A stretch of 64,000 nucleotides of DNA, from contig VBKA01000020.1 of assembly GCA_005879815.1 (NCBI GenBank), positions 223-64,222 on the forward strand, given 5' to 3'. The position numbers were made by a program, and so were the translations under genes. This stretch comes from Chloroflexota bacterium (GTDB lineage: Bacteria; Chloroflexota; Limnocylindria; QHBO01). The notes under the pieces were generated by a model. The model had not been told where the DNA came from. It searched no databases and was given only the letters and a program-made list of their open reading frames with translations. This document shows positions 47,006 to 57,617 of the stretch, in pieces; the stretch's first letter is position 1, and each line of letters starts with the position of its first letter.

Positions 47006-47614
47006 CTAGGCTGTCCGCACCGCGTCGGATCCAACCGCTGCATCGGACACCTTGGATCTCGATGCGCGCTTGGCGACAGCGGTCCAGAACTCCACCGCGG
47101 CGCGCTCGTACAGCAAGCCCATGGGCAGGGTCGCCCCGCGCCAGTGTTCAACAGTTCGCAGCCCCCGACCCAGAGTGGATCCACTCCGCTCAAGACGGGC
47201 ATCACCTTCATAGGTCGACAGCTTCCCCAGATGGATTGCGAGCTGGTGTTCGGCCAAGCGCAGGCGAGCCGCAGCTGGCGCCAAATCCGAAAAGAAGAGT
47301 TGCAGCAGCCCAAGGTCGCGCAGTTGGGTGGGCACGCCCGCCGGTTGCTCCAGCCAGGACTCCAGAGCTTCCTGGCCCGTGGACGTGATCGCGAAGACGC
47401 GCCGTCGTCGGCCGGCCTGCTCACGGGTCTCGCGGACAAGCCCCAGCGCCGCTAGTCGCGGCGGCTCACTATACAGCAGCGTATGAGGAAACGACCAGAA
47501 ATTGCCAACCGTGGCAGCCACCTGCCGCTCCAAGCCGTACGGCGTCGAGGGCCCCTCGCGCGCCAGCAAGCCCAGCACGAGGTAGGAGGTCGGGGTCAGC
47601 CGCTCGGTTGACAT
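47006..47614 (-). CDS. PadR family transcriptional regulator
   Basis: YLVLGLLAREGPSTPYGLERQV is the PadR wHTH motif. Confidence 0.75.
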   Translation of the reverse strand: MSTERLTPTSYLVLGLLAREGPSTPYGLERQVAATVGNFWSFPHTLLYSEPPRLAALGLVRETREQAGRRRRVFAITSTGQEALESWLEQPAGVPTQLRDLGLLQLFFSDLAPAAARLRLAEHQLAIHLGKLSTYEGDARLERSGSTLGRGLRTVEHWRGATLPMGLLYERAAVEFWTAVAKRASRSKVSDAAVGSDAVRTA

Positions 47615-47766
47615 ACTGCGAACTGTACCATACACTCTGCACTGTTAGTAACTGTCCTCAGACCAGGGCGAGCTGGCGGAGGCTACACACCAGTGGGGCG
47701 ACCGAGGCGTCGTCGGCTGGGCCACCGCCGCGGCAGTTGCAGACGCACGCGAAAGGGTTACCAACT

Positions 47767-48204
47767 ATGGGCACAGATCTGAAGACCAAGCTCGAGCGCA
47801 TCCCGCTCGAGATCCTCAACGAAGGGAAGTACGAGCTCATCGACGAGATCTACGCACCCGACTTCGTCGAGCACTATGCGCAGCCGGGCGTACCGCCCAC
47901 GCGCGAAGGCTTCAAACAGTTTGCTATGGCCTACAGGTCCGCCTTCCCTGACCTGCGCTACACCGTCGAAGATGCGATCGAAGCGGGCGACAAGATCGTG
48001 CATCGGCTGAGCGCCAGCGGCACGATGAAGGGCGACTTCCTGGGCATGCCGGCGACTGGCAAGCATGCGACCTGGACCGAGATCCACATCGGGCGCGTCG
48101 CGGACGGGCGGCTCGTCGAGCATTGGGGTCTCGTCGATCAGCTGGCCCTGTTCGTCCAGCTCGGCATCGTCCCCGCCCCCGGACAGGTTCCCGTCGCGGT
48201 CTAG
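47767..48204 (+). CDS. SnoaL-like ester cyclase / NTF2-fold protein
   Basis: ~145 aa with the NTF2-like pattern (DEIYAPDFVEH...GKHATWTEIHIGRVADGRLVEHWG). Divergent from padR. Confidence 0.65.
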   Translation: MGTDLKTKLERIPLEILNEGKYELIDEIYAPDFVEHYAQPGVPPTREGFKQFAMAYRSAFPDLRYTVEDAIEAGDKIVHRLSASGTMKGDFLGMPATGKHATWTEIHIGRVADGRLVEHWGLVDQLALFVQLGIVPAPGQVPVAV

Positions 48205-48226
48205 TCCCGGCCAACTGAACGTGTCG

Positions 48227-48257
48227 GAGGCCCCACGCGGTCGACGCGAGGGGCCTC
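48227..48257 (+). terminator. Putative intrinsic terminator hairpin after the SnoaL-like gene
   Basis: GAGGCCCC...GGGGCCTC 8-bp GC stem with an internal CGCG-GTCGAC-GCG sub-stem, followed by TTACGCCGTT (weak U-tract). Confidence 0.35.
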
Positions 48258-48432
48258 TTACGCCGTTGCGGAGCTCATCCTCGACGGGTGGCTACCCGAG
48301 CAGGCCTTCTACGTAATGCGCTCACGCCAGTCATTGCGCTGTGCGAGCGCTGTCCTAACCAAATCGACCGCAAGAGCACGCTCTTCCGGTCAGTTATGCT
48401 GTCTCGCCGAGCACGAAACTGGCGATTGGCGG

Positions 48433-48508
48433 GCGGGAGTAGCTCAGTTGGTAGAGCGGCAGCCTTCCAAGCTGCATGTCGCGGGTTCGAGACCCGTCTC
48501 CCGCTCCA
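48433..48508 (+). tRNA. tRNA-Gly (anticodon UCC)
   Basis: GCGGGAG acceptor stem, GCTC/GAGC D-stem, GCAGC-CTTCCAA-GCTGC anticodon arm, GCGGG-TTCGAGA-CCCGT T-arm, CTCCCGC + T + CCA 3' end. Confidence 0.85.
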
Positions 48509-48568
48509 TCTCCACGTCGGAGATGACTGCCGGACCACTGCTGGCGCAGGCCCCTTGCGGAGCGTCGG

Positions 48569-51079
48569 CTACAGCGCGCTCACGGCAAGCTCGACCGCCT
48601 CTTCGGGAGTCAGCGCTTGACCACGCTTCCAGGCCTCGGCGAAGACGACCTCATCTAGCCGCTCCCGGACGCGTTTCTCGGCGTCCTCCCGCATGTCGGT
48701 CACATAGGCGGGATGCGTGAGACCGAACTCCTGGCGCATCCCCTCCGAACGAGCGAGGAGTTCTGCGGCTGGCTCGGCCATTCCCGCGAATGCGAGCGTC
48801 CGTGCGAAACGAATCAGATCCACTGTGATCTCCCAGGGATCGCCGAACGCGTTGTCGAGCCGATACGCGTCCTCCAGCAACGCAACAGCTTTCCCGGGGT
48901 CGCCCTCGTCGTCCGCGATCATTGCCAGCGAGTTCAGTGCACGCGCCTCCATCTGCACGTCGCGGGCAGCTCGTGCACCGCGGAGCAGATCTTCCGTGAG
49001 GCTCTTCGAACGCTCGATCTCGCCGAGCTGTTCGCAGCACCAGACGAGGAGTCGCAGCGCCTGTAGGGCGCGGTGCTCGTCGCCCAGCTCGCGGAGTCGT
49101 CGCACGCTTTCCTCGACGAGCGGCTGCGCCACTGCGAAGTCGCCCTCAAACGCGACGGCCATTGCGAACTGGAGCTCCGCGTACGCGATGCCCCACGGGT
49201 CGCCGAGCTGGCGGTAAAGGGCGAGCGCCTCCTCAGCTCGACGCTTGAAGGTTTCCACGCCGACCGAGGTCTCCGGCGCGAGATGAGCCGCTCCCGTCAG
49301 CGCCTTTGCGCGCGCCTGGGTCGGCTGACTGTCGGCGTCGAGCAGGTCTTCGAGACGGCGCATGCCTTCGGAGGGGTGGCCTCGCAGGCACCAGAACTCC
49401 CAGATGCTTCCTGCCAGACGCAGCGCCAGTCCGGGGTGACCAGAGCTCTCGAACCAATCGAGAGCAGCTCTCACATTGTTGTGGTCTCGTTCGAGCCGAT
49501 CGAGTGATGCGCCAGGACTGACTCCCATCAAGCTCGGTTCCGATGCTTCTGCCAAAGCCAGGTAGTGCTCCGCGTGTCGTCGGCCCAGGCTGGTGGCCTC
49601 TCCCGAGGCTTCGAGGCGTTCGGTGGCGTACTCGTGAATCGTCTCAAGCATCCAGAAACGCTCTTCGGTGTGGCGCAGCAGGCTCTTGTCGACCAGAGAC
49701 AGGAGGGTATCGAGATCGGCTTCCGTGACGTCCTCGGCCGATTCGAGCGTGCATCCGCCGACGAAGACGGCGAATCGAGCAAACAGGCGTTGCTCGTCGG
49801 GCGTCAGCAGGTCATACGACCAGGCGATCGTCGCGTGGAGTGTGCGCTGCCGCTCAGGGAGGTCACGCGCCCCGCCGGTGAGCAGCGGCAGGCTGCGTTC
49901 GAGCCGCTCGAGGATCTGCGCTGTGCTCAGCGCTTTGATCCGCGCCGCTGCGAGCTCCAGCGCCAGCGGCAGGTCGTCCAGGCGGCGGCAGATTCCCGGC
50001 ACGGCCGCGTCAACCTGAAAATCGGGCACCATCGCCCGCGCTCGAGCTGTGAAGAAGGCGATCCCTTCGTCGGGCAGCAGCGTTGGCACGGGGTACTCCT
50101 GTTCGCCGCTGAGGTGCAGGCGCTCGCGGCTCGTCACAAGCACATCGAGCCTGGGGCACGCAGCGAGCAGCGAAGACAAGTCTGATGCCGCAGCGACCAC
50201 CTGCTCGAAATTGTCGAAGAGGAGGAGCATCGACTTCTCGCCGACGAAGTCCGCCACATCGCCTTTGGCACCCAGCGCATCTCTCGCAGTGGGCAACACG
50301 AGAGTCGGGTCGCGAAGCGGTGCGAGAGGTACCCACCAAACCCCGTGCGGGTAGTGATCGGCTTGCGCGCCAGCAGCCTGTAGGGCCAGGCGGGTCTTCC
50401 CGGTCCCTCCGGAGCCGGTGAGGGTAAGCAATCTGACGTCAGGTCGTGACAACAGCCCTTCCACGTCCATGAGCTCGGTTTCGCGGCCGAGGAACGGGGT
50501 GGAGGGGATGGGTAGATTCGACTGGAACAGGCTGTGGAGAGCCGGAAACTCCGTCTCTCCCAGCTGGTAGATTCGCTCAGGAGCCGACAGATCCTTGAGC
50601 CGATGGACGCCGACATCGTGCAGCCCATCGGTGCCCGTGAGGGCCACGGTCGCGGCTGAGAGCAGGACCTGCCCGCCGTGCCCGGCGGCCGCGATCCGTG
50701 CCGCCCGATGGACATCGGCGCCGACGTAGCCTTCGTCAGTCAGCAGGGGCGTTCCGGTGTGCAGACCGATGCGCACCCTGATCGGACCGCCCTGGAGGCC
50801 CTCGGTGATTCCGCGAGCCGCCGCCAGCGCACCGGGCGCCGTCGGGAATGCGACGAAGAAGGCGTCGCCCTGCGTATCAACCTCGACCCCGCCCTGCGCG
50901 CCGAAGGCCTCGCGCAGGATACGCCGATGCTCTGCCAGTGCCGCCGCGTACGCATCAGGCCCCAGCTCGTGAAGCAGGCGGGTCGAGCCTTCCACGTCGC
51001 TGAACAGGAAGGTGACGGTGCCAGTGGGGAGGTCGCGAGGCACGGTTGGCATGATGCGCCGGCCCTCAGTCCACGTCAC
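48569..51079 (-). CDS. STAND-type regulatory ATPase: class III adenylyl/guanylyl cyclase domain, AAA/NB-ARC P-loop NTPase and TPR repeats; no C-terminal LuxR HTH
   Basis: TVTFLFSDVEGST...GDAFFVAF cyclase motifs, then TLTGSGGTGKTRLA Walker A, then ~400 aa of TPR-like helices. GTG start at 51079. Confidence 0.75.
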   Translation of the reverse strand: MTWTEGRRIMPTVPRDLPTGTVTFLFSDVEGSTRLLHELGPDAYAAALAEHRRILREAFGAQGGVEVDTQGDAFFVAFPTAPGALAAARGITEGLQGGPIRVRIGLHTGTPLLTDEGYVGADVHRAARIAAAGHGGQVLLSAATVALTGTDGLHDVGVHRLKDLSAPERIYQLGETEFPALHSLFQSNLPIPSTPFLGRETELMDVEGLLSRPDVRLLTLTGSGGTGKTRLALQAAGAQADHYPHGVWWVPLAPLRDPTLVLPTARDALGAKGDVADFVGEKSMLLLFDNFEQVVAAASDLSSLLAACPRLDVLVTSRERLHLSGEQEYPVPTLLPDEGIAFFTARARAMVPDFQVDAAVPGICRRLDDLPLALELAAARIKALSTAQILERLERSLPLLTGGARDLPERQRTLHATIAWSYDLLTPDEQRLFARFAVFVGGCTLESAEDVTEADLDTLLSLVDKSLLRHTEERFWMLETIHEYATERLEASGEATSLGRRHAEHYLALAEASEPSLMGVSPGASLDRLERDHNNVRAALDWFESSGHPGLALRLAGSIWEFWCLRGHPSEGMRRLEDLLDADSQPTQARAKALTGAAHLAPETSVGVETFKRRAEEALALYRQLGDPWGIAYAELQFAMAVAFEGDFAVAQPLVEESVRRLRELGDEHRALQALRLLVWCCEQLGEIERSKSLTEDLLRGARAARDVQMEARALNSLAMIADDEGDPGKAVALLEDAYRLDNAFGDPWEITVDLIRFARTLAFAGMAEPAAELLARSEGMRQEFGLTHPAYVTDMREDAEKRVRERLDEVVFAEAWKRGQALTPEEAVELAVSAL

Positions 51080-51088
51080 CCTTCCTTC

Positions 51089-52039
51089 TTATGAGGCGCG
51101 CCCCTCGAAGAGCGCCGTCAGGAAGTGGATGATCAGCCAGGCGGACGTCATGGCGGTGTTGAGGTCTGGCTGAGCCGCGCTGGTCTCCACGATGTCGAAA
51201 CCCACGACGTGGCCCTTGCCCGCGATCGCGGCGAGAAGCTCGCGGAGCTGCCGATAGCTGAGCCCGCCCGGCTCCGGCAGGGTCGTCGCCGGCACGAGCC
51301 CCCCGTCCAGGACGTCGATGTCGATCGAGACATAGAGGTTCTTCCCGGGCCTGACGAGCCGATCCGCGATGGCGGTAGGGCCTTCCTCCAGGACGGCCAG
51401 AGTAGATGCGAATCCCACCCCTTTCGCCTTCAGATCCTGGTACTGGTCGGGATCGACCGAACGAAGACCCAGGGCGCTGATGCGCTCGACTGTCGGGAGC
51501 TCCGAAAGACGGCGCAGCTGGCTGCCGTGCTGGAAGCGGGAGCCGTAGATCTCGTCGGCGAAGTCCGGGTGGGCGTCGATGTGCACAACGTCGAGCGGCC
51601 CGTGAACCTCAACAACCCCGCGCCCAATCGGGAAGCTGATGGAGTGATCGCCTCCGACAGCGGCCACCAAGGCGCCGCGATCGGCGATCTTTCTGGAAAC
51701 CTCCGTCATGCGCCGATGGCTGAGGTCGACGTCGCCGCCGGCCACGAACACGTCGCCGCAATCGGCCATTCGAACACCATCGAGGTAGTGACGCTCAGTC
51801 TCGATGTCGAACCAGCCCGCGCTCGTCCCGTCCGCTTTCGTCTCACGAAGGCGCGTGCGCGTCTCGCGCACCAGGCGCGGCCCGGCGTATGCACCTGAGC
51901 GGATGAACGGGATGATCACGCCCTGATCCCACGGCACCCCGATGAACCCGACCTCGGCTTCGAGCGTGTCGAGGTCATCGCAGACCGGCGAGCCAAAGAA
52001 GGTCCTGGTCGCGGAGCGGACGAGGGGCTGGATGCTCAA
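51089..52039 (-). CDS. Arginase/agmatinase/formiminoglutamase family ureohydrolase
   Basis: GGDHSISFP, DAHPDF and SIDIDVLD Mn-binding motifs. Confidence 0.75.
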   Translation of the reverse strand: MSIQPLVRSATRTFFGSPVCDDLDTLEAEVGFIGVPWDQGVIIPFIRSGAYAGPRLVRETRTRLRETKADGTSAGWFDIETERHYLDGVRMADCGDVFVAGGDVDLSHRRMTEVSRKIADRGALVAAVGGDHSISFPIGRGVVEVHGPLDVVHIDAHPDFADEIYGSRFQHGSQLRRLSELPTVERISALGLRSVDPDQYQDLKAKGVGFASTLAVLEEGPTAIADRLVRPGKNLYVSIDIDVLDGGLVPATTLPEPGGLSYRQLRELLAAIAGKGHVVGFDIVETSAAQPDLNTAMTSAWLIIHFLTALFEGRAS

Positions 52040-52215
52040 CGATCGATCGCTCCTGAGGGGTTGTCAGGCTATCGGGCTCAAGGTACAAACATCGGCGATA
52101 CGGACGCAACCGGCCGGGGCATCGTCGCCGGCCGTAGGCCGGTCTGCGATTCGCGTCGCACGAGCTACCCGTGAGCTACTGCTGCGGCCGGCCAGTCGAG
52201 GAGGAGACGACGTGA

Positions 52216-53102
52216 TGCGCCCATCCGCCCTTGTGCGGTTCGTGGCCCTGGCGGTGGGCCTCATCATCGCTGGCTGCCAGTCCGGCGGCGCAGGGAGCGC
52301 ATCTCCCAGCACCGGCGGGAGCGCCGCAGCAAGCGAGGTCCACGTCACTGCCCCGACCAGCCTGGTCAAGGCGGGGACCGTGACCGACTGTGTCGACATC
52401 GAATATCCGCCCATGGAATTCTTCCCGTCGACATCGGTCACCGATCCGAACCAGGCTATCGGCTTCGACGTCGACGGAGCACGTGCGGTCGCCAAGGCTT
52501 GGGGGCTTCCCCTCGAGGTCCGGAACGTGGCCTTCTCGGGTCTCATCCCAGACCTGACCGCCGGCCGCTGCGACATCGTGTGGACCGCGTTGTACGTGAC
52601 CCAGAAGCGCCTGAAGGTGTCCGATGCGGTGCCTTACATGGCGACCGGCTGGGTGCTCATGGTGCCCAAGGGGAACCCAAAGAACATCAAGTCGCCAGAC
52701 GACCTGTGCGGCAAGACGATTTCGATCCAGACCGGTGGGCAGGTGGAGACGGAAAGCGCGGCGCAGAGCAAGAAGTGCACCGGCGCCGGCAACCAGGCCA
52801 TCACCATCCAGGGCTATCCAAAGGTCGCCGATGAGCTGCAGCAGATCGTCGTCGGGCGCGTGGACGCCGTCTGGGAGACCGATAGCGCCATCTCCGACTT
52901 CCTGCTCAAGCACCGCGACCAGTACGAGGTCGCCTACGCCTTCCCAAAGGCCGATTCCTATGGCGTCTACCTGCAGAAGAACAAGGCGGATCTCAAGACT
53001 GCCCTCACCGATGCACTGAAGGCGCTCAAGGCATCGGGCAAGCTGGCGGCTCTCTGCAAGCAATACCAGATCGACCCGGTCGTCCTCGACGCCATCAAGT
53101 AA
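52216..53102 (+). CDS. Amino-acid ABC transporter substrate-binding lipoprotein (SBP family 3)
   Basis: Lipobox LIIAGC. GGAGGAG Shine-Dalgarno before GTG-ATG at 52213/52216. Polar amino-acid binding fold. Confidence 0.7.
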
Positions 53103-53175
53103 GGGCCAGGCACCGACCCATGCGGCGCGGTCCTGAGGTATCCGGGACCGCGCCGGTCGTCCCGAAGGTTGCGCG

Positions 53176-53910
53176 GTGAACTTCGATCCGTCCGTCTTCT
53201 TCGACGCCCTGACGTCCCCGACCTTCATCGAGGGCGCCCAGATCACGATCGCGCTGACCGTGATCGCGATGGCATTCGGGCTGGTCCTGGGCCTGGTGCT
53301 CGCGCTGATGCGCAGCCACCCGTGGGGTTGGTTGCGGTGGCTGGCCTGGGCCTACATCTGGATCTTTCGCGCGATTCCTACCCTTCTCCAGCTCTTCTTC
53401 GTGTGGAACGCGCTGCCGCAGCTCTTTCCCGTGCTACGCGGAGAGTGGTTCTCCCCGTTTCTGGCAGCGGCCGTGGCCCTGTCGTTGAACGAAGCTGCGT
53501 ACGCAGCGGAGATCCTCAGGGCAGGCTTGCTCTCGGTTGACGAAGGGCAGCGGCTCGCGGCCCGTGCGCTGGGCCTCTCCCCAGGGAAGGTGTTCGGCAA
53601 GGTCATCGCCCCGCAGCTCATGCGGGTAGCCATCCCTCCCTTGTCGAATGACTTCATCACCATGCTCAAGATCACCAGCCTGGCGAGCGTCATCTCGCTC
53701 CAGGAGCTCCTCGCCAGGACGCAGAGCGCCGTATCGATCACCTTTCAGTTCGCCGAGTACTACGCGGCGGCCGCGGTCTACTACCTGGTGATCGTGAGCG
53801 TCCTGATGCTCGTTCAGTCGCGGATCGAGCGGCGCTTCGAGTGGACCTCCCAACGGGCCGCCAGCGGCTCGGTCTTGGGCCGCGTCCGTCAGCTAGCCCC
53901 AATGCGATGA
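53176..53910 (+). CDS. Amino-acid ABC transporter permease (HisM/GlnP-like)
   Basis: EAA-loop region [17 protein letters not shown] start. Confidence 0.75.
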   Translation: MNFDPSVFFDALTSPTFIEGAQITIALTVIAMAFGLVLGLVLALMRSHPWGWLRWLAWAYIWIFRAIPTLLQLFFVWNALPQLFPVLRGEWFSPFLAAAVALSLNEAAYAAEILRAGLLSVDEGQRLAARALGLSPGKVFGKVIAPQLMRVAIPPLSNDFITMLKITSLASVISLQELLARTQSAVSITFQFAEYYAAAAVYYLVIVSVLMLVQSRIERRFEWTSQRAASGSVLGRVRQLAPMR

Positions 53911-54776
53911 GCGACAAGCCCGTCGGCGATGGCCGAATCGAGGAGCCGTTCCGCCACCTGCTGGACGCCGCCGTCCTGGGTGAGGCAGTAGCCGCGGAGA
54001 CGGCAACCGGCGCGGAGTACGTCCTCGAGGCGGTCGAGGTGCACAAACGCTACGGTCGCACCGAGGTGCTGCGCGGCGTCTCATTCGGCGTCCACCGCGG
54101 TGACGTCAAGGCGATCCTGGGGCCGTCCGGTTCCGGGAAGAGCACGCTCCTACGCTGTCTCGCCCTGCTCGAGCCAGTGGACCATGGCGAGGTCCGCCTC
54201 GAGGGGCAGCGACTTGGCGTTCGTGAGGGACAGGGCGGCCGGGTCGCGTCCCTGCCGGAGCGGACGCTCGCACGGGAACGCTCGGAGATCGGGATGGTCT
54301 TCCAGCGTTTCAACCTGTTCCCGCATCTCACGGCGCTCGGCAACGTGATGCTCGGTCTCACCGAGGTCCGCGGGCGTTCGAAGGACGAGGCCCGCGAGAT
54401 CGCGCAGGCGATGCTCGACCGCGTTGGGCTCGCCGCGAGGCGCGACTTCTACCCCGGCGAGCTGTCTGGTGGCCAGCAGCAGCGGGTGGCGATCGCGCGA
54501 GCCCTGGTCATGAACCCCAAGGTGATGCTCTTCGACGAGCCGACATCGGCTCTTGATCCGGAGCTGGTTGGCGAGGTCCTGGCGGTGATGGAGGAGCTGG
54601 CCCGCGAGGGGATGACCATGGTGGTCGTCACGCACGAGATCGGCTTCGCGCGACGCGTCGCCAGCCGGGTGCTGATGATGGACGGCGGCGAGATCATCGA
54701 GGATGCGACGCCGGACGAGTTCTTCGGCAACCCGCGCCACGAGCGCACCCGGCGGTTCATCGAGGCGGTCGACTGA
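53907..54776 (+). CDS. Amino-acid ABC transporter ATP-binding protein
   Basis: GPSGSGKST Walker [16 protein letters not shown] signature, Walker B. ATGA overlap with the permease stop. Confidence 0.8.
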   Translation: MSDKPVGDGRIEEPFRHLLDAAVLGEAVAAETATGAEYVLEAVEVHKRYGRTEVLRGVSFGVHRGDVKAILGPSGSGKSTLLRCLALLEPVDHGEVRLEGQRLGVREGQGGRVASLPERTLARERSEIGMVFQRFNLFPHLTALGNVMLGLTEVRGRSKDEAREIAQAMLDRVGLAARRDFYPGELSGGQQQRVAIARALVMNPKVMLFDEPTSALDPELVGEVLAVMEELAREGMTMVVVTHEIGFARRVASRVLMMDGGEIIEDATPDEFFGNPRHERTRRFIEAVD

Positions 54777-54778
54777 CG

Positions 54779-56419
54779 GTGGAGTCTGGGCGGCTGCACG
54801 ACGCCGAACCGCTGATCCTCGCGGGTGGACCGATCCTGACGATGGCCGATCCGGATCGGGTCGAGGCTGTCGCGATTCGCGGTGATCGCATTCTGCACGC
54901 CGGATCGCTCGCCGATTGCCGGGCCGTTGCCGGTGAGCGGAGGCAGGAGCGCGACCTGGGGGGCCGCGTGCTCATGCCGGGGTTCGTCGACGCGCACATC
55001 CATCCGTTGATGCTGGGGCAGACGGCCTCGTGGACCGATGTCGGCCCGGAACGCGCCCCGTCCATCGAGAAGCTCGTGGGCGTCCTGGCTGAGAGCGCGG
55101 CCGGCCTCGGGCCGGATGCCCCGTTGTGGGCGTATGGGTACGACCAGCGTCAGCTCGCCGAGCAAAGGCATCCGACGGCCGCCGATCTGGAGCAGGCGAC
55201 GCCTGGTCGGGCGGTGTATGTCATGCACAGCAGCGGCCACGGGGCGGTGGTCAGCACCGCCGCTCTCGGGCTGGCTGGCATCGACGCCTCCACGCCGGAC
55301 GTTCCCGGCGGGGAGATCGGGCGCGGAGCCGACGGGCGGCCAGATGGCCGCCTGATGGACGCCGCCTGGGACCTGGCTCTTGGACCTGCCAGCGTCAAGA
55401 TCGGTCGACACGGTCCGAACATCCATGTGCCCGATTCGCCGCAGGCCCTTTCGAGCCACATGGAGGCCGCCCAGCGCGCGATCCTGGGCGCGGGCATCAC
55501 CACCGTATTCGATGCGCAGGTCACACGGCGTGAGCTCGAGACCCACCTGCGCCTTCGAGACGCCGGTCGCCTGCGCCTGCGCGTCAACCTCCTCGTCATC
55601 TCCAGCCTGCTCGACGAGGTCCTTCAGCTCGGGCTTGTGGCGCCCCTCGGGGATGACTGGCTGCGGTTTGCGGGCATCAAGCTCTACGCCGATGGCACCC
55701 TGATCGGACGGACGGCCTTCTTCCCCGACGGGTACCCCAGCGAACCTGGGGAGCACGGCCTCCTGTACCACGAGCCCGCCGAGTACGCCGAGCTCCTGCG
55801 CCGAGCGCACGCCGCAGGCCTGCAGACCGGAACGCACGCGTTGTCGCCGGCGGCCATCGGCCTGGTGCTGGATGCCGTCGAGGAGGCGATGGCACGCGTT
55901 CCAAGGCCCGATGCCCGTCATCGCATCGAGCATTGCGCACTGCCAACCGACGACCAGATCGTGAGGATGGCGCGCCTGGGCGTGATCCCGGTTGCGCAGT
56001 CGCAGCACATGCGGAACTTCGGTGACGGCGCGGTGGCCGCCGTGGGCAAGCCGCTCGGGGAGCGGTACCACCCGCTTGGCCTGTTCGCACGGGCGGGTGT
56101 CCGGTTCGCGCTCTCGTGCGATGCGCCGGTGGCGCCGCCGGCGCCGCTGGTTGCCATCCAGGCGGCGGTCGAGCGGCGGACGGTCCACGGCACGACGCTC
56201 GGAGCCGCCGAGCTGCGCATCAGTGCTGCGCGGGCGCTGCGCGCCTACACCATCGATGCCGCCCACGCCGGCCACGTCGAGGCCTCCGTCGGGTCGATCG
56301 AGCCGGGCAAGCTGGCGGACTTCGCGATCCTCGACGGAGACCCCGCCCGAGTCGATCCAGCGATGATCGGCGCGATCTCCGTGCGCGAGACGTGGCTGGC
56401 GGGCGAACAGGTAGCCTGA
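54779..56419 (+). CDS. Amidohydrolase family protein (Amidohydro_3 / YtcJ-like metal-dependent hydrolase)
   Basis: PGFVDAHIHP metal-binding motif, ~545 aa. GTG start. Confidence 0.75.
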   Translation: MESGRLHDAEPLILAGGPILTMADPDRVEAVAIRGDRILHAGSLADCRAVAGERRQERDLGGRVLMPGFVDAHIHPLMLGQTASWTDVGPERAPSIEKLVGVLAESAAGLGPDAPLWAYGYDQRQLAEQRHPTAADLEQATPGRAVYVMHSSGHGAVVSTAALGLAGIDASTPDVPGGEIGRGADGRPDGRLMDAAWDLALGPASVKIGRHGPNIHVPDSPQALSSHMEAAQRAILGAGITTVFDAQVTRRELETHLRLRDAGRLRLRVNLLVISSLLDEVLQLGLVAPLGDDWLRFAGIKLYADGTLIGRTAFFPDGYPSEPGEHGLLYHEPAEYAELLRRAHAAGLQTGTHALSPAAIGLVLDAVEEAMARVPRPDARHRIEHCALPTDDQIVRMARLGVIPVAQSQHMRNFGDGAVAAVGKPLGERYHPLGLFARAGVRFALSCDAPVAPPAPLVAIQAAVERRTVHGTTLGAAELRISAARALRAYTIDAAHAGHVEASVGSIEPGKLADFAILDGDPARVDPAMIGAISVRETWLAGEQVA

Positions 56420-56423
56420 GCGG

Positions 56424-57617
56424 ATGGCGGGCGGCGTCAGCGACCCTGCGACGAGCTCACTGCCGCTCGTGCAGTTCAGCGCCCTGCCGGACGTCATCGA
56501 CCTCGGCTGGGGGCACCCCGACCCTGATCTGCTCCCGGTCGACGAGCTGCGGCGGGCCGCGGGTGAGGCCGCGCGCCGGTGGGGCCCGGACCTGTTCGCC
56601 TACGGATACGCCCAGGGCCCGGCCCCGCTCCTGACCTGGCTTGCGGGGCGACTCGGCGAGGTGGACGAGAGGGCGCCGGATCCATCGGCGATCGTCATCA
56701 CCGCGGGCGCCTCCAACGCCCTGGACATGACGATCACGCAGTCGACTCAGCCCGGCGACGTGGCGCTTGTCGAGTCGCCCACCTACCACATCGCCGTCAA
56801 GTTGCTCAGGGACCACGCGCTCGAAGTGGTCCCGATCAGACGCGACGCCGATGGCGCCGATCTCGATGATCTGACTGCTGCCCTCGATCGGCTCCAAAGA
56901 GCGGGGCGTCAGCCGAGGCTGTTCTACACGATCCCGACCTTTCACAACCCGACGGGCGGTGTGATGCCGCTGGATCGTCGGATCGAGCTCGTGCGTCTCG
57001 CCGAGTCGCGGGAGCTCCTCATCGTCGAGGACGACGCCTATCGCGAGCTGTTCTACGACGAGCCGCCGCCACCCTCGCTCTGGAGCCTGGCGACGCCAGG
57101 TTCCGTCGTCCGGGTCGGGTCGTTCTCCAAGACGCTGGCACCGGGACTCCGTGTTGGCTTTCTCACCGCGGAGCCGCGCATGACGACCCGCCTCTCGCAA
57201 TCCGGCCTGCTGGATTCGGGCGGGGGGATCGCCCACGTCCCGGCCTTGACCGTCGCCGTGCTCGCCGAGAGTGGGTTCTACGCGAGGCACGTCGAGCGGC
57301 TCAGGTCTGCCTACGCGGCGAGGCGGGACGCGCTCGTGGGTGCCCTGGCATCTGGGCTGCCGGAGACCGTGGGGCTGAAGCGCCCAGACGGGGGCTTCTT
57401 TGTCTGGCTGACGTTGCCGGCGGGTCGCTCAGCCTCGGCGCTGCTCGAGCTCGCCCAGGGGAGAGGCGTCTCGTTCATGCCGGGCAACGCCTTCTCGTTG
57501 ACGGACGGTCTCGAGGCCAACCTCCGCCTCTCGTTCAGCCGCTACGGCCCGGACCAGCTCGAAGAAGCCGGCCACCGGATCAGCGCGGCCTTCCATCAGG
57601 CCGGCGCGCATCACTGA
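56424..57617 (+). CDS. PLP-dependent aminotransferase (class I/II; MocR/2-aminoadipate transaminase-like catalytic domain)
   Basis: SFSKTLAPGLRVGF PLP-Lys motif. Confidence 0.75.
   Translation: MAGGVSDPATSSLPLVQFSALPDVIDLGWGHPDPDLLPVDELRRAAGEAARRWGPDLFAYGYAQGPAPLLTWLAGRLGEVDERAPDPSAIVITAGASNALDMTITQSTQPGDVALVESPTYHIAVKLLRDHALEVVPIRRDADGADLDDLTAALDRLQRAGRQPRLFYTIPTFHNPTGGVMPLDRRIELVRLAESRELLIVEDDAYRELFYDEPPPPSLWSLATPGSVVRVGSFSKTLAPGLRVGFLTAEPRMTTRLSQSGLLDSGGGIAHVPALTVAVLAESGFYARHVERLRSAYAARRDALVGALASGLPETVGLKRPDGGFFVWLTLPAGRSASALLELAQGRGVSFMPGNAFSLTDGLEANLRLSFSRYGPDQLEEAGHRISAAFHQAGAHH

Noticed and set aside
48275-48538. 87-aa minus-strand ORF overlapping tRNA-Gly
   Set aside because: It lies antisense across a canonical tRNA and has Arg-rich composition. 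Only its last ~9 codons (shared with the dispersed repeat) resemble a real gene end.
54449-56497. 682-aa minus-strand ORF opposite the amidohydrolase and ABC ATPase genes
   Set aside because: Longest shadow ORF in the window. Extremely Arg/Gly-rich with no family signal. The sense genes are well supported.
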